Counted from the first letter of the stretch, positions 12,085-23,803 are shown. The stretch: 64,000 bases of DNA from Malacoraja senta (GCA_038087875.1 CM075988.1:21826001-21890000), one strand, 5' to 3'. Notes: generated from the letters alone by a model not told the origin. Numbers and translations: made by a program.

Positions 12085-13657
12085 AGGTGCTGTATGTATG
12101 TAGTTTGTACGTTATCCCTGTGACCTGCGTGGGTTTTCTCCAAGATCTTCGGTTCCCTCCCACACTCCAAAGAAGCACAGTTGCAGGTTAATTGGCTTGG
12201 TATGAATGTAAGATTGTCCCTAGATAGTGTGTAGGATAGTGTTAGTGTGCGGGATTCACTCGTCGATGTGGACCCGATGGGCCGAAGGGCCCGTTTCCAC
12301 GCTGTACCTCTCAAACTAAAACTAAAACAAAGGATAAAGAATGCAGGTATTGACAAAAGACCTGTCAGGTGCTGTGCTGAGGAACAACATTGCTGCACAG
12401 TGGATAGTTGGAGACTGGAATGCAATGCAAAGGTAATCATGCAGGAAGATCCAGTTGTGGTTTGCAAAGGAATAAATTAAGTGCTTGAAATGAAAAGATT
12501 GCAGGGCAGTGGGGAGAGAGTGGGAGCATGTGCATTGTTTATTATTGATGCATGCATTCTTCTTCATGCTGTAACTACCTTGTGATAGAACAACTCTTAC
12601 ACCTGCCAATTAGACTGCATTTCCGAGATGTGAGCAGCACCTTGGATCGCTGGTCGGTGTGGACTCGGTGGGCTGAAGGGCCTGTCTTCGTGCTGTATCT
12701 CTAAAACTAAACTAAAACTCGTGCCAACATGTGCACTTCCTGCCTTACATAAGGAGGCCAATACTATGCGTGGAATGTCAGGTCTGGTCCCACCAATGCT
12801 CTATATAACTGAAGCAAAACCTCCCTATTTTTTATTCAACTTCCCACGCAATAAATAATATTTTGCTGGCTTTGCTAATTACTTACTGTATGGCACGCAA
12901 GCCTTTGGTAGTCCCAGCTGTAAGACAGCCAAGTACCATTGTATCTCAGTGTTCTGTAATCTCTCACAGTCAGATAAATGCATTTTTTTTTTTTTGCAGC
13001 CAAATTGGACAATCTAATTTCTACTTGCAAGATATTGTGTTGCCAGATCTTTGCCAACTCACTCAACTGATCTCTTTTCATTTGGTGACTTCCCTTCCAT
13101 CCACTTCACAACTTGCCTTTCTACCTAATGTAAGAAAACAGATGCTGGCTGTGTAGGAAGGAACTGCAGATGCCGGTTTCAACCGAAGATTGACACAAAA
13201 AGCTGGAGAAACAGGCAGCATCTCTGGAGAGAAGGAATGGGTGACGTTTCGGGTCGAGACCCTGGGTCTCGACTTGAAACGTCACCCATTCCTTCTCTCA
13301 ACAGATACTGGTTTATACCAAAGACAGACACAAAGTGCTGGTGTAACTCTGGCAGCTCCGGCAGCAACTCGGGAACAAATGGATAGTGATGTTTCAAGTC
13401 GGGACCCTTCTTCAGACTAAAACAAGTCTCTTTTCTCCAGTCTGAAGAAGGAACAAAGGCTAGAAGTGAAATGGAGACCAAAATCTAATGATAAAGTACT
13501 GTAGTTGGATTATATTTCTGTGCTATTATTAAAGTCTTCTTCTTAATGTAAAGAGGAAGTGGAAAAAATTGTCCTACTAATCAAAGATCAGTATGACAAA
13601 ATGTTATTCTTTTAATTCAGAGCAAATTAGATTCCTTTAATTTCTTTAATTCAGAAC

Positions 13658-13958
13658 AAATGGCGCAGCGGTAGCTTTGCTGCCTTACAGCGGCTGAGAC
13701 CCCGGTTCGATCCTGCCTATGGATGCTATTCATATAGAGATTGTACGTTCTCTCCGTGACCACGTGGGTTTTCTCCGGGTGCTCCGGTTTCCTCCCACAT
13801 CCCAAAGACATGCAGGTTTGTAGGCTAATTGGCTTTGGTAAAATTGTAAATTGTCCTTAGTGTGTAGGATAGTGCTAGTGCGCGGGGATCGCTGGTCGGC
13901 ACGGACTCAGTGGGCCGAAGGGCCTGTATCCGCGCTGTACCTCTAAACAAAACTAAAT
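13658..13958 (+). mobile_element. tRNA-derived SINE (HE1/V-SINE-like), near full length
   Basis: A box TGGCGCAGCGG, B box GGTTCGATCC, central domain, CR1-type 3' end GGGCCGAAGGGCCTGT and CTAAA tail. Confidence 0.85.
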
Positions 13959-15257
13959 AAGCAAGTGATATCAATATCTCTTTTCTTTATCTGCCATTTA
14001 TAAATCCTTCCTAAACATAGTTTCTCAATCATTGCCAAAGAGTATTGATCGATGAGTCTTACTGGAGCTAATATCGTCTCATGGCCACCTGTAAACAAAC
14101 TACTTGAGGCTGTTGGCAATGGTGTTTCCAGGGCTGGTGCCAACAGCTTAAAGTGTTCATGTTCTATTCCTGAAGGTTCCACCTCTGCTACTCGGAAAAG
14201 ATACTTTGCCAAAGAATTTTTTTTTTTTAAACATCATTTCACTTTCTGTTTCTTGACATAATGATAAATTCAAATCCAGACTTGTTATTTCAATGAAAAC
14301 AATCCACAGTGTTTCTGCCCATAACCTTCAGGCAATAAAGATAAAGATAGCACCCTTTAAATTGACTTAACACGTAAAATAACAAAGTCAGAAGAGCAGT
14401 GTTGAACATTTATCCTGGTGCTATGAGAAATAGGAAATAGGAACATTTCTGTATCATTCAACCTCGTGAAAGCCTCGTGTCACAGGTAGATAAGGTGGTC
14501 AAAAATAAATTGCAAAGCTTCAAGAAGACAGCAAGGGATAGGGTTGGGGAGAATGCCTGAAAATGCTTAAAGTCCGCTTCACGTGTTTTTTTGATTCTGT
14601 GCTGTACAGAAGGTTGAAACTGAGCCCGTGTAACTGACACACTGCGGTCGACTTTAGTCAGATTCTGTTCTCTGTTGGCAAAGAACAAATGGCAATCGTA
14701 AAACAATAAAATAAAGTCGAACGGGTAACAGGACCGTTTGCTTGTCTGTAATGGGGTGGAATTGGGCTGTGTTTACTAATTCCGTGTTTTTCAGAGATGC
14801 ACGGTTTAGAGGTGTTATACTGTAAGACCATTCAAAAAATGCTTGTGCCTGCTACAGTAAACAACACATCAAAGGAAAATGATGTATATAAAGAATAGAT
14901 GAATGTTTGTTCGTTGAGCAGTCTCCTACATTGCTCCGAGTGCTCACTGTGTTTGACGCTTTTAAATAAAGTTTTGATTGCCTCGCCCGATCGTGAGTTT
15001 AAAGTTTTCTTTAACAATAGGGTGGTCAAAAAGGCTTTTTGGTGCAATGGTACCTGGAACACATTGGCAGGGAATGGTAGTGGAGGGAGATACAATACTG
15101 GTGTTTAAGAGGCTTTTAGATAGGCACATGGAATGGAAGGGATAAAGATCATGTACAGACAAATTAGATCAGTTTAACTTGATAGCATGTTCAGCACAAT
15201 CATTGTGGGTCGAAGGGCCCGTTCCAGTGCTGTACTGGTCCATGTTCAATGTTGTTC

Positions 15258-16018
15258 GACTGGGCTTATATTTGTTGGAATTTAGAAGGATGAGAAGGGT
15301 TCTTATAGAAACATATAAAATTCTTAAGGGATTGGACAGGCTAGATGCAGGGAAAAAGGCAGGAAACATGTTCCCGATGTTGGGGGAGTCCAGAACCAGG
15401 GGCCACAGTTTAAGAATAAGGAGTAAGCCATTTAGAACGGAGACGAGTAACACTTTTTCTCACAGAGAGTGGTGAGTCTGTGGAATTCTCTGCCTCAGAG
15501 GGCGGTGGAGGCAGGTTCTCTGGATGCTTTCAAGAGAGAGCTAGATAGGGCTCTTAAAAATAGCGGAGTCAGGGGATATGGGGAGAAGGCAGGAACGGGG
15601 TACTGATTGTGGATGATCAGCCATGATCACATTGAATGGCTCGAAGGGCCTGATGGCCTACTCCTGCACCTATTGTCTATTGTCTATTGTCTATTGTGTT
15701 CCCTTGTTGGGGCAGTCCAGAACCAGGGGTCACAGTTAAAGAATAAGGGGTAAGCCATTTAGGACCGAAATGAGGAAAAACTTTTTCAGCCAGAGAGTTG
15801 TGAATCTGTGGAATTCTCTGCCACAGAAGGCAGTGGAGGCCGTCACTGGATGTAATCAAGAGAGAGTTAGATATAGCTCTTAGGGCTAACAGGATCAAGG
15901 GATATGGGGAGAAAGCAGGAACGGGGTACTGATTTTGGATGATCAGCCATGATCATATTGAATGGCGGTGCTGGCTCAAAGGGCGAATGGCCTACTCCTG
16001 CGCCGATTTTCTATGTTG
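15258..16018 (+). mobile_element. Two tandem CR1/HER1 3' fragments
   Basis: LGLYLLEFRRMRRVLIETYKILKGLDRLDAG.., a (CTATTGT)n tail at ~15670-15697, then a second fragment. Confidence 0.85.
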
Positions 16019-17702
16019 TCCAATGCAGTTAAATTCTTGCTTTTGCAAGGAACAGAAATCTTTAATGGTAATGCAGATGTAGTTTCCCCAACACTGTGCA
16101 GCTGGAGCGAGACTTCCTTTACCACACTCCATCTTCTCCGCAATAAATGCCAGCGTTTTATTCGCATTCCTAATCGCCTATCAAGCCTCCCCACTGACTT
16201 CCCCATGTTTCACATACAAAGACAGCGATTCTGTCTGTTCTGCTGGATTTCCTAGCCACTTCTCATTCCTGCACTCGTGCACTTTGGAAGGCACCCAGTC
16301 AAAAACATTCTCTCAAATCCTACTGCTCCAAAGCTTGGTCACAAATTCACCTCCAACCGACTCTCCAATAAACCTGCGAGTGAATAATTGCCTCTAAAAG
16401 CCCGACGTCTCAAATGGTGCACATTCATTAGTGCCTGTCTAAACCTCCTTTTCCTATAACCCTCCGTCAGGTTTTTTCTTAATTATGGAATACATTTTCC
16501 AAAAAGGCATCTGAGACAAGGGTGACCCAAGTGCAGAGAATTCTAACGACCTGCCTCTCTGCAGACATTTGCTATTAATCAGTATTCAATTAAACTCAGT
16601 GCCACATCTCAATTTTAAGATGGTACTTTTAAGATGGAAAGTCAAAAGATCGAAAAGACTGCCGGAGTCCAAATGGACTGATTTTTATTTGCATTTAGTC
16701 AACTTCAAATAGAAAGGGCTTTTAATTCAAACAATATTTAGATGGGAAAGGAGAATACTAAGGGATCAAAGATGCCCCAACAACTGCAGTTCTGCAGAAC
16801 CCAAAGCTAAATCTTCAAAACCAAAAACAGTGCTGGAGAAGCAGAGCAGGAAATAGTGAGTGATACAGTGTGGAAACAGGCCCTTCGGCCCAACGTGCCC
16901 ACACTGACCAACATGCCTCATCTACACCAGTCCCACCTGCCTGCGTTTGATCCATATCCCTCCAAACCTGTGCTATCCATGTACCTGTCCAAATGTTTCT
17001 TAAACGTTGCAATAGTCCTTGCCTCAACTACCTCCTCCGGCAGCTCGGTCTATACACCTACCATCCTTTGTGTGAAAAAGTTACCCCTCAGATTCCTCTT
17101 CAACCTTCCCCCCCCCCCCCTACCTCACCTTAAACCTATGCTGGAATCTTGAGCAAAAGACAAAGTGCCGGAGGAACTCAGCAGGTGAGGTCACATCTGC
17201 AAAGGGAATGGACAGGCAATGTTTCCCCTCACCTCTCTCTACCAAATTCCTCCCCATTACTCGTCTTGAAGAAGGGTCCCAACACAAAACATTGCCTGTC
17301 CATTCCCTCCACAGATGCTGTCTGACCCGCTGAGTTCCTCCAGTACTTTGTTTTTCCTCTCAAGATTCCAGCATCTGCAGTTCCTTGTGTCTCCTCCCTA
17401 ATGACTGGTTACTGAAAGATCTGATCAGCAAGAAGATGATGGCAAATTGGATATACAGGTAACGTTATGATAATTCCTTTACACCGAGTACATTGTTGGT
17501 TTCCCCTTTGTTTTGTCGGTTTTAACATACGTTTTGATCCATTTGGACAGGTACATGGATCGAACATGTTTAGAGAGACATGGGCTAAACGCAGGCAGGT
17601 GTGACCAGCGTAGATAGGGATCTTGGTTGGCATGTGCAAGTTATGACTCTATGACTTTCTCTGGACCACTTGCCCGGATTCACTCTGTTCCCCTTGGCCT
17701 AT

Positions 17703-18080
17703 GTGACCTCCCGCTTGCCAAACATTTTGACTCCCATTCCCATACTAAGCTTTCTCTCCTGGCCTCCTCCACTGCCGGAGTGAGGTAACCCTTGTATTCC
17801 CTCCGCCCCTCCCCCAGCCTCACCACCTTACTAGTTCCACTATTCAAATCCTTCTATCCCTTTGTTACCACCTCTTCCCCAGCCAACAATGGGCCATTGT
17901 GGGCTCCACCCTTCCTTGCTCATCTCTTGCCAGTCCTGCTCTGATCTGGCCTTTTCCTACCTCCGGTTCCCTCCCCTCTATTTTCAGTCTGAAGAAGGGT
18001 CCCGACCCGAAACGTCGACCACCCTATTTCTCCAGAGATGCTGCCTGACCCGCTGAGTTACTCTAGCACTGTGTGTCTAT
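17703..18080 (+). mobile_element. Degraded Penelope-like 3' fragment
   Basis: DLPLAKHFDSHSH.. remnant similar to 21648-21806, then a pyrimidine-rich spacer and the hammerhead-bearing terminus. Confidence 0.65.
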
Positions 18081-18121
18081 GCCCAGATTCCCAATGTTCA
18101 GCCTTGACCACAAATGAGAGA

Positions 18122-18680
18122 TGTGGCAATGGGAGGAGTAGCTAATGGAAGAGTCCCACCCAGTTTACTTGACCAGGTGAACGCACAGAACATTTGAAAA
18201 GGTTAAACACATTTAAATATATAAAAGATACATGGTGGAATATTTGACTAGGTTGTAGCTTGTATTCCAAGAGAGAGAGGTTGATGTATATTGAGACAAT
18301 GACCGATGCCTTTGAAATGTCTTTGTCCTGGAAGTACCAACTGATAAGATGCCTGTGAAATGTGTCTACTAATTGATAAGAGACAAGCTCAGACTTGTCC
18401 TGTGGTAATGGGTATTGACTGCATCTTGTAACCATGACTAAGAACTTTGGTATATGACTAAGTGACACACAGTATAAAACACCATGCACATTTTTGTTCA
18501 TTGAAGTGGTGGAGTGGGGAAGTCAAGTGTCTGTAGCTTACTTGACTGGTGTAACCCCGTCACTTCCGCCAGCTGATGATCGGTAAAGCTTGAGTTAGTT
18601 TACCTAACATTTTTGTGAGTTGTCTGTTTATTAAGAAGTGAACCTTATCACGTTGACCAGAAGACTGGGAGACATAACCG
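18122..18680 (+). mobile_element. Possible old solo LTR
   Basis: TG start, TATAAAA at ~18473, downstream hairpin AGTCAAGT/ACTTGACT, polyA-like GGTAAAGCTT and a GT-rich U5-like tract. No TSD and no CA end found. Confidence 0.3.
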
Positions 18681-18894
18681 GTTATAATTATGAAATGAAC
18701 GTCAAATCTGACCCAAATAAAAGAACTCCTAATTATTTCCCCACCAATTATTTCCAGAATGTTAAAGAACCTGATGCTGCTAATTGCTCTGAAAAGGAAT
18801 TAAAAACTTCAGCTGCCTTCATTCTATATGTAATTCACCAGCTTGTGGGGACGAGCAAAATTTCAAAAGAGAGTCAGGTTCGTTTAAGAACCTG

Positions 18895-19121
18895 TGCAAG
18901 AAGGAACTGCAGATGCCGGTTTAAACCGAAGATAGACACAAAAAGCTGGAGTGACTCAGCGGGACAGGCAGCATCTCTGGAGAAAAGGAATGGGTGACAT
19001 TTCGGGTCGAGACGGGTTATGATCGGTCTGAAGGGTCTCGACCCGAAATGTCACCCATCCCTTCTCTCCAGAGATGCTGCCTGTCCCGCTGAATCACTCC
19101 AGCTTTTTGTGTCTATCTTTA
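18895..19121. mobile_element. Palindromic Penelope-terminus element (inverted plus direct terminal copies)
   Basis: ~85-bp inverted arms at 18929-19013 and 19035-19119. Flanking direct repeat GTTTAAGAACCTG (18882-18894, 19122-19134). Similar palindromes at ~9650-9862, 13150-13420, 17140-17393, 25197-25345 and 59988-60180. Confidence 0.75.
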
Positions 19122-21915
19122 GTTTAAGAACCTGATGGTGTGGGTTTCTATGGGTTTCAGGTTTCTGTACCTCCTGCTCAATGGAGGCAGCGAGAAGGGG
19201 GTTTGATCCAGGTAGTGCTGATAGATGCCACCTTCTTGAGTCAGTACCTCATATCGATGATTCTGATGGTGGGAAAGGCTGTGGGAAAGGGTGATGGACC
19301 GGGCTGTCTCCACCACTCTCTGCGGCCTCTTGCGTTCCTGTGTGTTGTGATCGCTGGTTGCTTCATCAGCGAACTTCCTTCCATGTTGTATTGGCAGATG
19401 GTCCAACCAAGATTTCACGCCCCTCTCCCTCGCAAAATCCGTCACTTCTCCATGTTCTCCAGAGATAGTCATACAGCATGGAAACAACCCCTTCGGACCT
19501 AACTTGCCCACATCGGCCAACATGTCCCAGCTACACTGGTCCCACCTACCAGCGTTTGGTCCATATTCCTCTAAACCTGTCCTATCCATGTACCTGTATA
19601 ACTGTTTCTGAAATGTTGTGATAGTCCCAGCCTCATCTATCGCCTCTGGAGCTTGTTCCAAACACCCACCACCCTTTGTGTGAAAATGTTACCCCTCAGA
19701 TTCTTAGTATAATGGCAGTTTTAGTAACGTTCTCAAGGTCCAACCTTGACAGCCATAACATCTCGTATATGAAACGGCCATAACTAAATCTTTTTCCCCT
19801 TCACCTTAAATCAATGTCCTCTGGATGCTGCCTGACCTGCTGAGTTTCTCCTGCACTTTGTGTCTCTTTGTGTGAGAAGTGAGGAGTTAGGTATGAGAGG
19901 AATCTCGAGACTTTCAGACCATGGTCGGTCAAGTGCAGAGGCCAGACCGTGCAAAGCGTCAAGTGAGTGAATAACAGAAGTTGGAACGCATCCCATCAAG
20001 TCATAACTGTGAGCAGAAGATGGACGTGAGAGATTTTTGGCGTCAGCTACTGGGAGTAGCACTGACTGAAACCACTACACTGTTCCGTGGAATAATACTT
20101 GAAAGGTTCAGGATTGCAGGAATCAGAATCATCTCACGGGATTAATAGCACACCACTCCAGGACAAGACGATGACGGGGTGATGCTCAGCGCAGTGACCC
20201 GCTATCTTCCCATCAAATTAAGGTGACATTTGAAGGGAGTGATTTACTCTCAGCTCTCTGGCCCACGGGAGGAGATGTGGCCGTCAGCTCTTGGTGGTCC
20301 ATCGAGGAGATACAATCACTGACACTCCAATCAAACTGAGGGCATCCGGAGGATAGCAGTGGACCTGACCTTATCTAACTCGAATAAATAAATTGTCAAG
20401 AAACTGCATGTTTATTCCTCGACGTGTTCAAAGATTGAGTGGAACAGCTACCTAAAATTATTCTGCACAGTTGGGTCTTTCATTAAAGGCTGACACGGGC
20501 TGGTTTCAACAAAGAGTTCTGCAGTTAATGATGATAAAGCTACCTACTTCAATTGATCCGTAACTCTGAACTGGACTTCAGGCAATCCCACTTCTCTTTG
20601 TTCTAAGCTGCGTTCTTTGATATCCTACGTAGAGTAGCCTGCGGTAATTAGTTTGATCTTTGTAGATGCTGCAGAGCTGTGCAGATGTTGACTGGTAGAT
20701 AAAAATGCACCAAACTAGGTACAGGTAAATGCTTTGTTTTACATACAACCCGGGCAGTCTACAAGTGTCGTCATGTGTTGGCACTGACAAAGTTACAAAA
20801 GTACCGAACATTCCCATCTACTGCCTGCCCCACATGTGGCAGCATGCTCCCCCCCTCCCCTCCCCTCCCCTCCCCTCCCCTCCCCTCCTCAAGGGTGATC
20901 TCTCATTTTCACACCTTACCCTTCCATATCTCTATGCCTCCCTCTCCCCTGACTCTCACTGTGAAGAAGGGTCCCGACACAAAACATCACCCATCTTTTT
21001 TCTCCATAGATGCTGCCTGTACCACTGAGTTACTCCAGCATGTTGTGTCTTGTGTAAGAATTTCAATGTTCTGTCCGGGACATATGACAATAAATATCTT
21101 GACTCTTGACTCATGAAATGGTGTTAATTTTCGTTATGGGAGTCCTTGGGCTTGTTAGTATGTCTGGCCTATTTTTGATTGAATGATTGAAACATACAGC
21201 ATGGAAACGGGCCCCTCAGCCCATCAAGTCCGCACCGACCATTGATCACCCGCTCACATTAGTTCTATGTTATCCCCCTTTCCCTTCACACTAGGGAGCA
21301 ATTTGCAGAGGCCAACTAACCTACAAACCCGCAGGTCTTTGGGATGTGGTAGGAAACCAGAGCACCTGGAAGAAACCCACCTGGTCAGCGAGGGAACGTG
21401 AAAACTCCACACAGACAGCACCTGAGGGCAGGATCGAATATGGGGCTCTGATGCTGCGAGGCAGCAGCTCCACCAGCTGTGCCATTGAGACAGAGGCAAG
21501 GAGATCACCTTTAATCAAACACCAACCAAATAATTGGGACTTTTCATAAAAGTCATTTTTATATGAACTTGCAGTTTTAATCTTTTTAAATATAATCTCT
21601 TTGATGTCCTCATTTAGTTAAAAGATACGAGGAATAAATATATTACCTTTAACTCCCCATCACATTCCCAATCGGACCTTTCTGTCCTGGGCCTCCTCCA
21701 TTGTCAGAGTGAGGCCCAGCACAAATTGGAGGAACAGCACCTCATATTTTGCTTGGGTAGTTTACACCCCAGCGGTATGAACATTGACTTCTCTAACATC
21801 AAGTAGCCCTTGCTTTCCCTCTCCCTCCATTCCCTCCCCCTTCCCAGTTCTCCCACCAGTCTTACTGTCTCCAACTACATTCTATCTCTGTCCCACCCAC
21901 TCCCCTGACACCAGT

Positions 21916-21943
21916 CTGAAGAAGGGTCTCGACCCGAAACGTC
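21916..21943 (+). ncRNA. Minimal type I hammerhead ribozyme motif of a Penelope terminus
   Basis: CTGAAGA-A-GGGT CTCG ACCC-GAAACGTC: CUGANGA box, stem II, GAAA box, palindromic ACGT stem III, GUC cleavage triplet. Same motif at 11710-11737 and 17989-18016 (CTGATGA in copy B at 42304); variants near 8383, 24300, 57220 and on the minus strand near 13400, 26770, 62055. Confidence 0.7.
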
Positions 21944-21987
21944 ACCCATTCCTTCTCTCCAGAGATGCTGCCTGTCCCGCTGAGTTA

Positions 21988-22305
21988 AGGGCCTGTCCCA
22001 CTGTACGAGGTAATTCAAGAGCTCTCCCGAGTTAAAAAAAAAAATCAAACTCGTGGTAAGCACGTAGAATGTACGTAGCGGCTACGTCGGAGCTCGGGAC
22101 GTTTCTTAGCGGCTCGTAACGCTAATGGCAGGTACTCGGGAAATGCGGTAAGCTCGTGAAGACTCGTGAAGATTTTTCAACATGTTGAAAAATGTCCACG
22201 AGAGCCCCGAGTACCTACGAGCGGCCATTACCGTAATTCTCCGAGTTCGAATCAGGGGAAACTCGGGAGAGCTCTTGAATTAGCTCGTACAGTGGGACAG
22301 CCCCA
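21988..22305. mobile_element. PIF/Harbinger-type MITE, 318 bp, related to 7518-7837 but in opposite orientation (copy B 46303-46620)
   Basis: TIR AGGGCCTGTCCCACTGTACGAG. TTA TSD splits the Penelope terminus GCTGAG-TTA-CTCCAGC. Confidence 0.9.
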
Positions 22306-22637
22306 TTACTCCAGCATTTTGTGTCTACCTTCGATTTAAACCAGTATCTGCAGTTCTTTCCTACACAATATATTACCTTTTGTTTATTTCATCAAAATAT
22401 AGGATGCCATTTCACATTTTGAAAATGTAGTTTATCCTCGATAGTATTATTTACAAAAATTAATCCCACTTGATACCTAGGAGAAAGCTTGCACCGTTAT
22501 CTAAAGCTGTCATGATATTCCATTACATAAGCTCAGTTTGAATTATTTATCATTTGCTAAACTCAAAGTAATCACCAACTTTGTGATTTTACCCATCACC
22601 AGCCATTGCTTACAAATAAATCTCAGATCACTTTGCA

Positions 22638-22780
22638 ATATATATATCAAAATAAAAATATATATAAAATATATATAATAATATATATAAAATAAATATA
22701 AAAATATACAAAATATATATATATATATAAAAATATATATAATGATATATATAAAATATGCAAAATAAATACATAAAAAG
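22638..22780. repeat. AT-rich low-complexity tract
   Basis: Degenerate (TA)n/AAAATAT units. Confidence 0.9.
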
Positions 22781-23613
22781 CTATACCTTTAGACTTCAAA
22801 GATTATAGACTTTAAAGATACAGTGGAGAAACAGGCTTTTTGGTCCACCGAATCTGTGCTGACCATCGATCACTGTACATAACACTGTCCTATACACTAG
22901 GGACAATTTTACAACTTACTGAAGCCAATTAAACTACAAACCTACAATCTTTGGAGTGCGGGAGGATGCCAGAGCACCCAGTGAAAACTCACGCAGTCAC
23001 AGGGAGAACGTACAAACTCCGTACAGACAGCACCCGTGCTCACAGACAGCTCCATACAGACAGAACCCTGTGATAATAAAGTATCTATCAATCAATCAAT
23101 CATTAATTGAAGAGCGTATCAATGAATTCAGATGCTTAATTTCAGATGGTGCATTCTCAATCGTATTGTCCCCATGCATCAGGGAAACATCACCCCTCCA
23201 CTAACTAACTCCAACTCTTTGCTATTAACTAATTTTGTTGATGAACATCGTTCTTTTTGTTACTGTTAATGAAAGCACGTTTACTGGCAATACCTTTCAC
23301 ACATCATCGCGGTTCCACCAGCCTGTTAATTTGCAAGGAAATCAGTATTTATCCAACAGGAAAATCCCAGAGGAACTCTTCCCTGTCCTAGCTCTTGCAC
23401 AGCAGAACTGTGAATAAGATAAACTAGTATTGGTTCACGACACTAAAGTGACTGCTAATTCTTTCCCTGATTGTTTCCAGAAGCAGGGCAACATTGGGGT
23501 TCATAAGTGAAAGGAGCAGAATTAGGCCATTCGGCCCATCAAGCCTACTCCGCCATTCAATCATGGCTGATGTATCTTTCCCTCTTAACTCCATTACTCC
23601 TGACACCCGTACT

Positions 23614-23803
23614 TCTTCTTTTCGTGTCCATCTTGTTACAAATATTGACCTCGCTGTCATCGTCCGTCCTGAAAAGGACGCGAGCTTCCGGCGACAATCA
23701 GTGGAAGCCGTCACTTGTCGCAACAGATGATGGTGGTAGCAGAATTAGCTCAGGATACTTCCAGTTTCCAGCCCCGCGACGTGGACGCTTCTGCTATGGG
23801 GCC
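23614..23803 (-). mobile_element. 190-bp non-autonomous non-LTR retroelement with 5' HDV-like ribozyme and AAG-type tail (Vingi/Ingi-related, inferred)
   Basis: 11-bp TSD ACACCCGTACT at 23603-23613 and 23804-23814. Interrupts a CR1 3' UTR. Minus-strand 3' end ...GGACACGAAAAGAAGA. No A/B boxes, no ORF. Confidence 0.85.
23737..23803 (-). ncRNA. HDV-like (CPEB3-like) self-cleaving ribozyme, 67 nt
   Basis: Minus strand reads GGCCCC (P1) A TAGCAGAA (P2) GCG (P3) TCCACGT (L3, with the P1.1 CC) CGC (P3') GGGGCT (P1', G1-U wobble) GG (P1.1') AAACTGGAAGTATCCTGA (P4) GCTAA (J4/2, catalytic C at 23748) TTCTGCTA (P2'). All helices of the nested double pseudoknot pair. Confidence 0.88.

Larger units (their letters stand above)
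21651..22366 (+). mobile_element. 5'-truncated Penelope-like element (GIY-YIG C-terminus plus terminal repeat), with nested MITE
   Basis: 21648-21806 translates without stops to FNSPSHSQSDLSVLGLLHCQSEAQHKLEEQHLIFCLGSLHPSGMNIDFSNIK*, resembling the end of PLE GIY-YIG endonucleases. Flanked by the 14-bp direct repeat AATATATTACCTTT (21637-21650, 22367-22380). Confidence 0.82.

Noticed and set aside
13658..13735. tRNA genes
   Set aside because: The A/B boxes run straight into the SINE body and CR1-type tail; these are SINE heads.
14107..14149. pre-miRNA-like hairpin AGGCTGTTGGCA/TGCCAACAGCTT
   Set aside because: A 12-bp stem is too short, and I recognise no known mature miRNA.
19119..19661. 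180-aa minus-strand ORF
   Set aside because: It is a chance read-through across adjoining CR1 3' UTR and degraded Rex1 fragments.
20666..20725. Possible coding exon (TTTGTAG...CAG/GTAAAT)
   Set aside because: Stop codons occur in all three frames.
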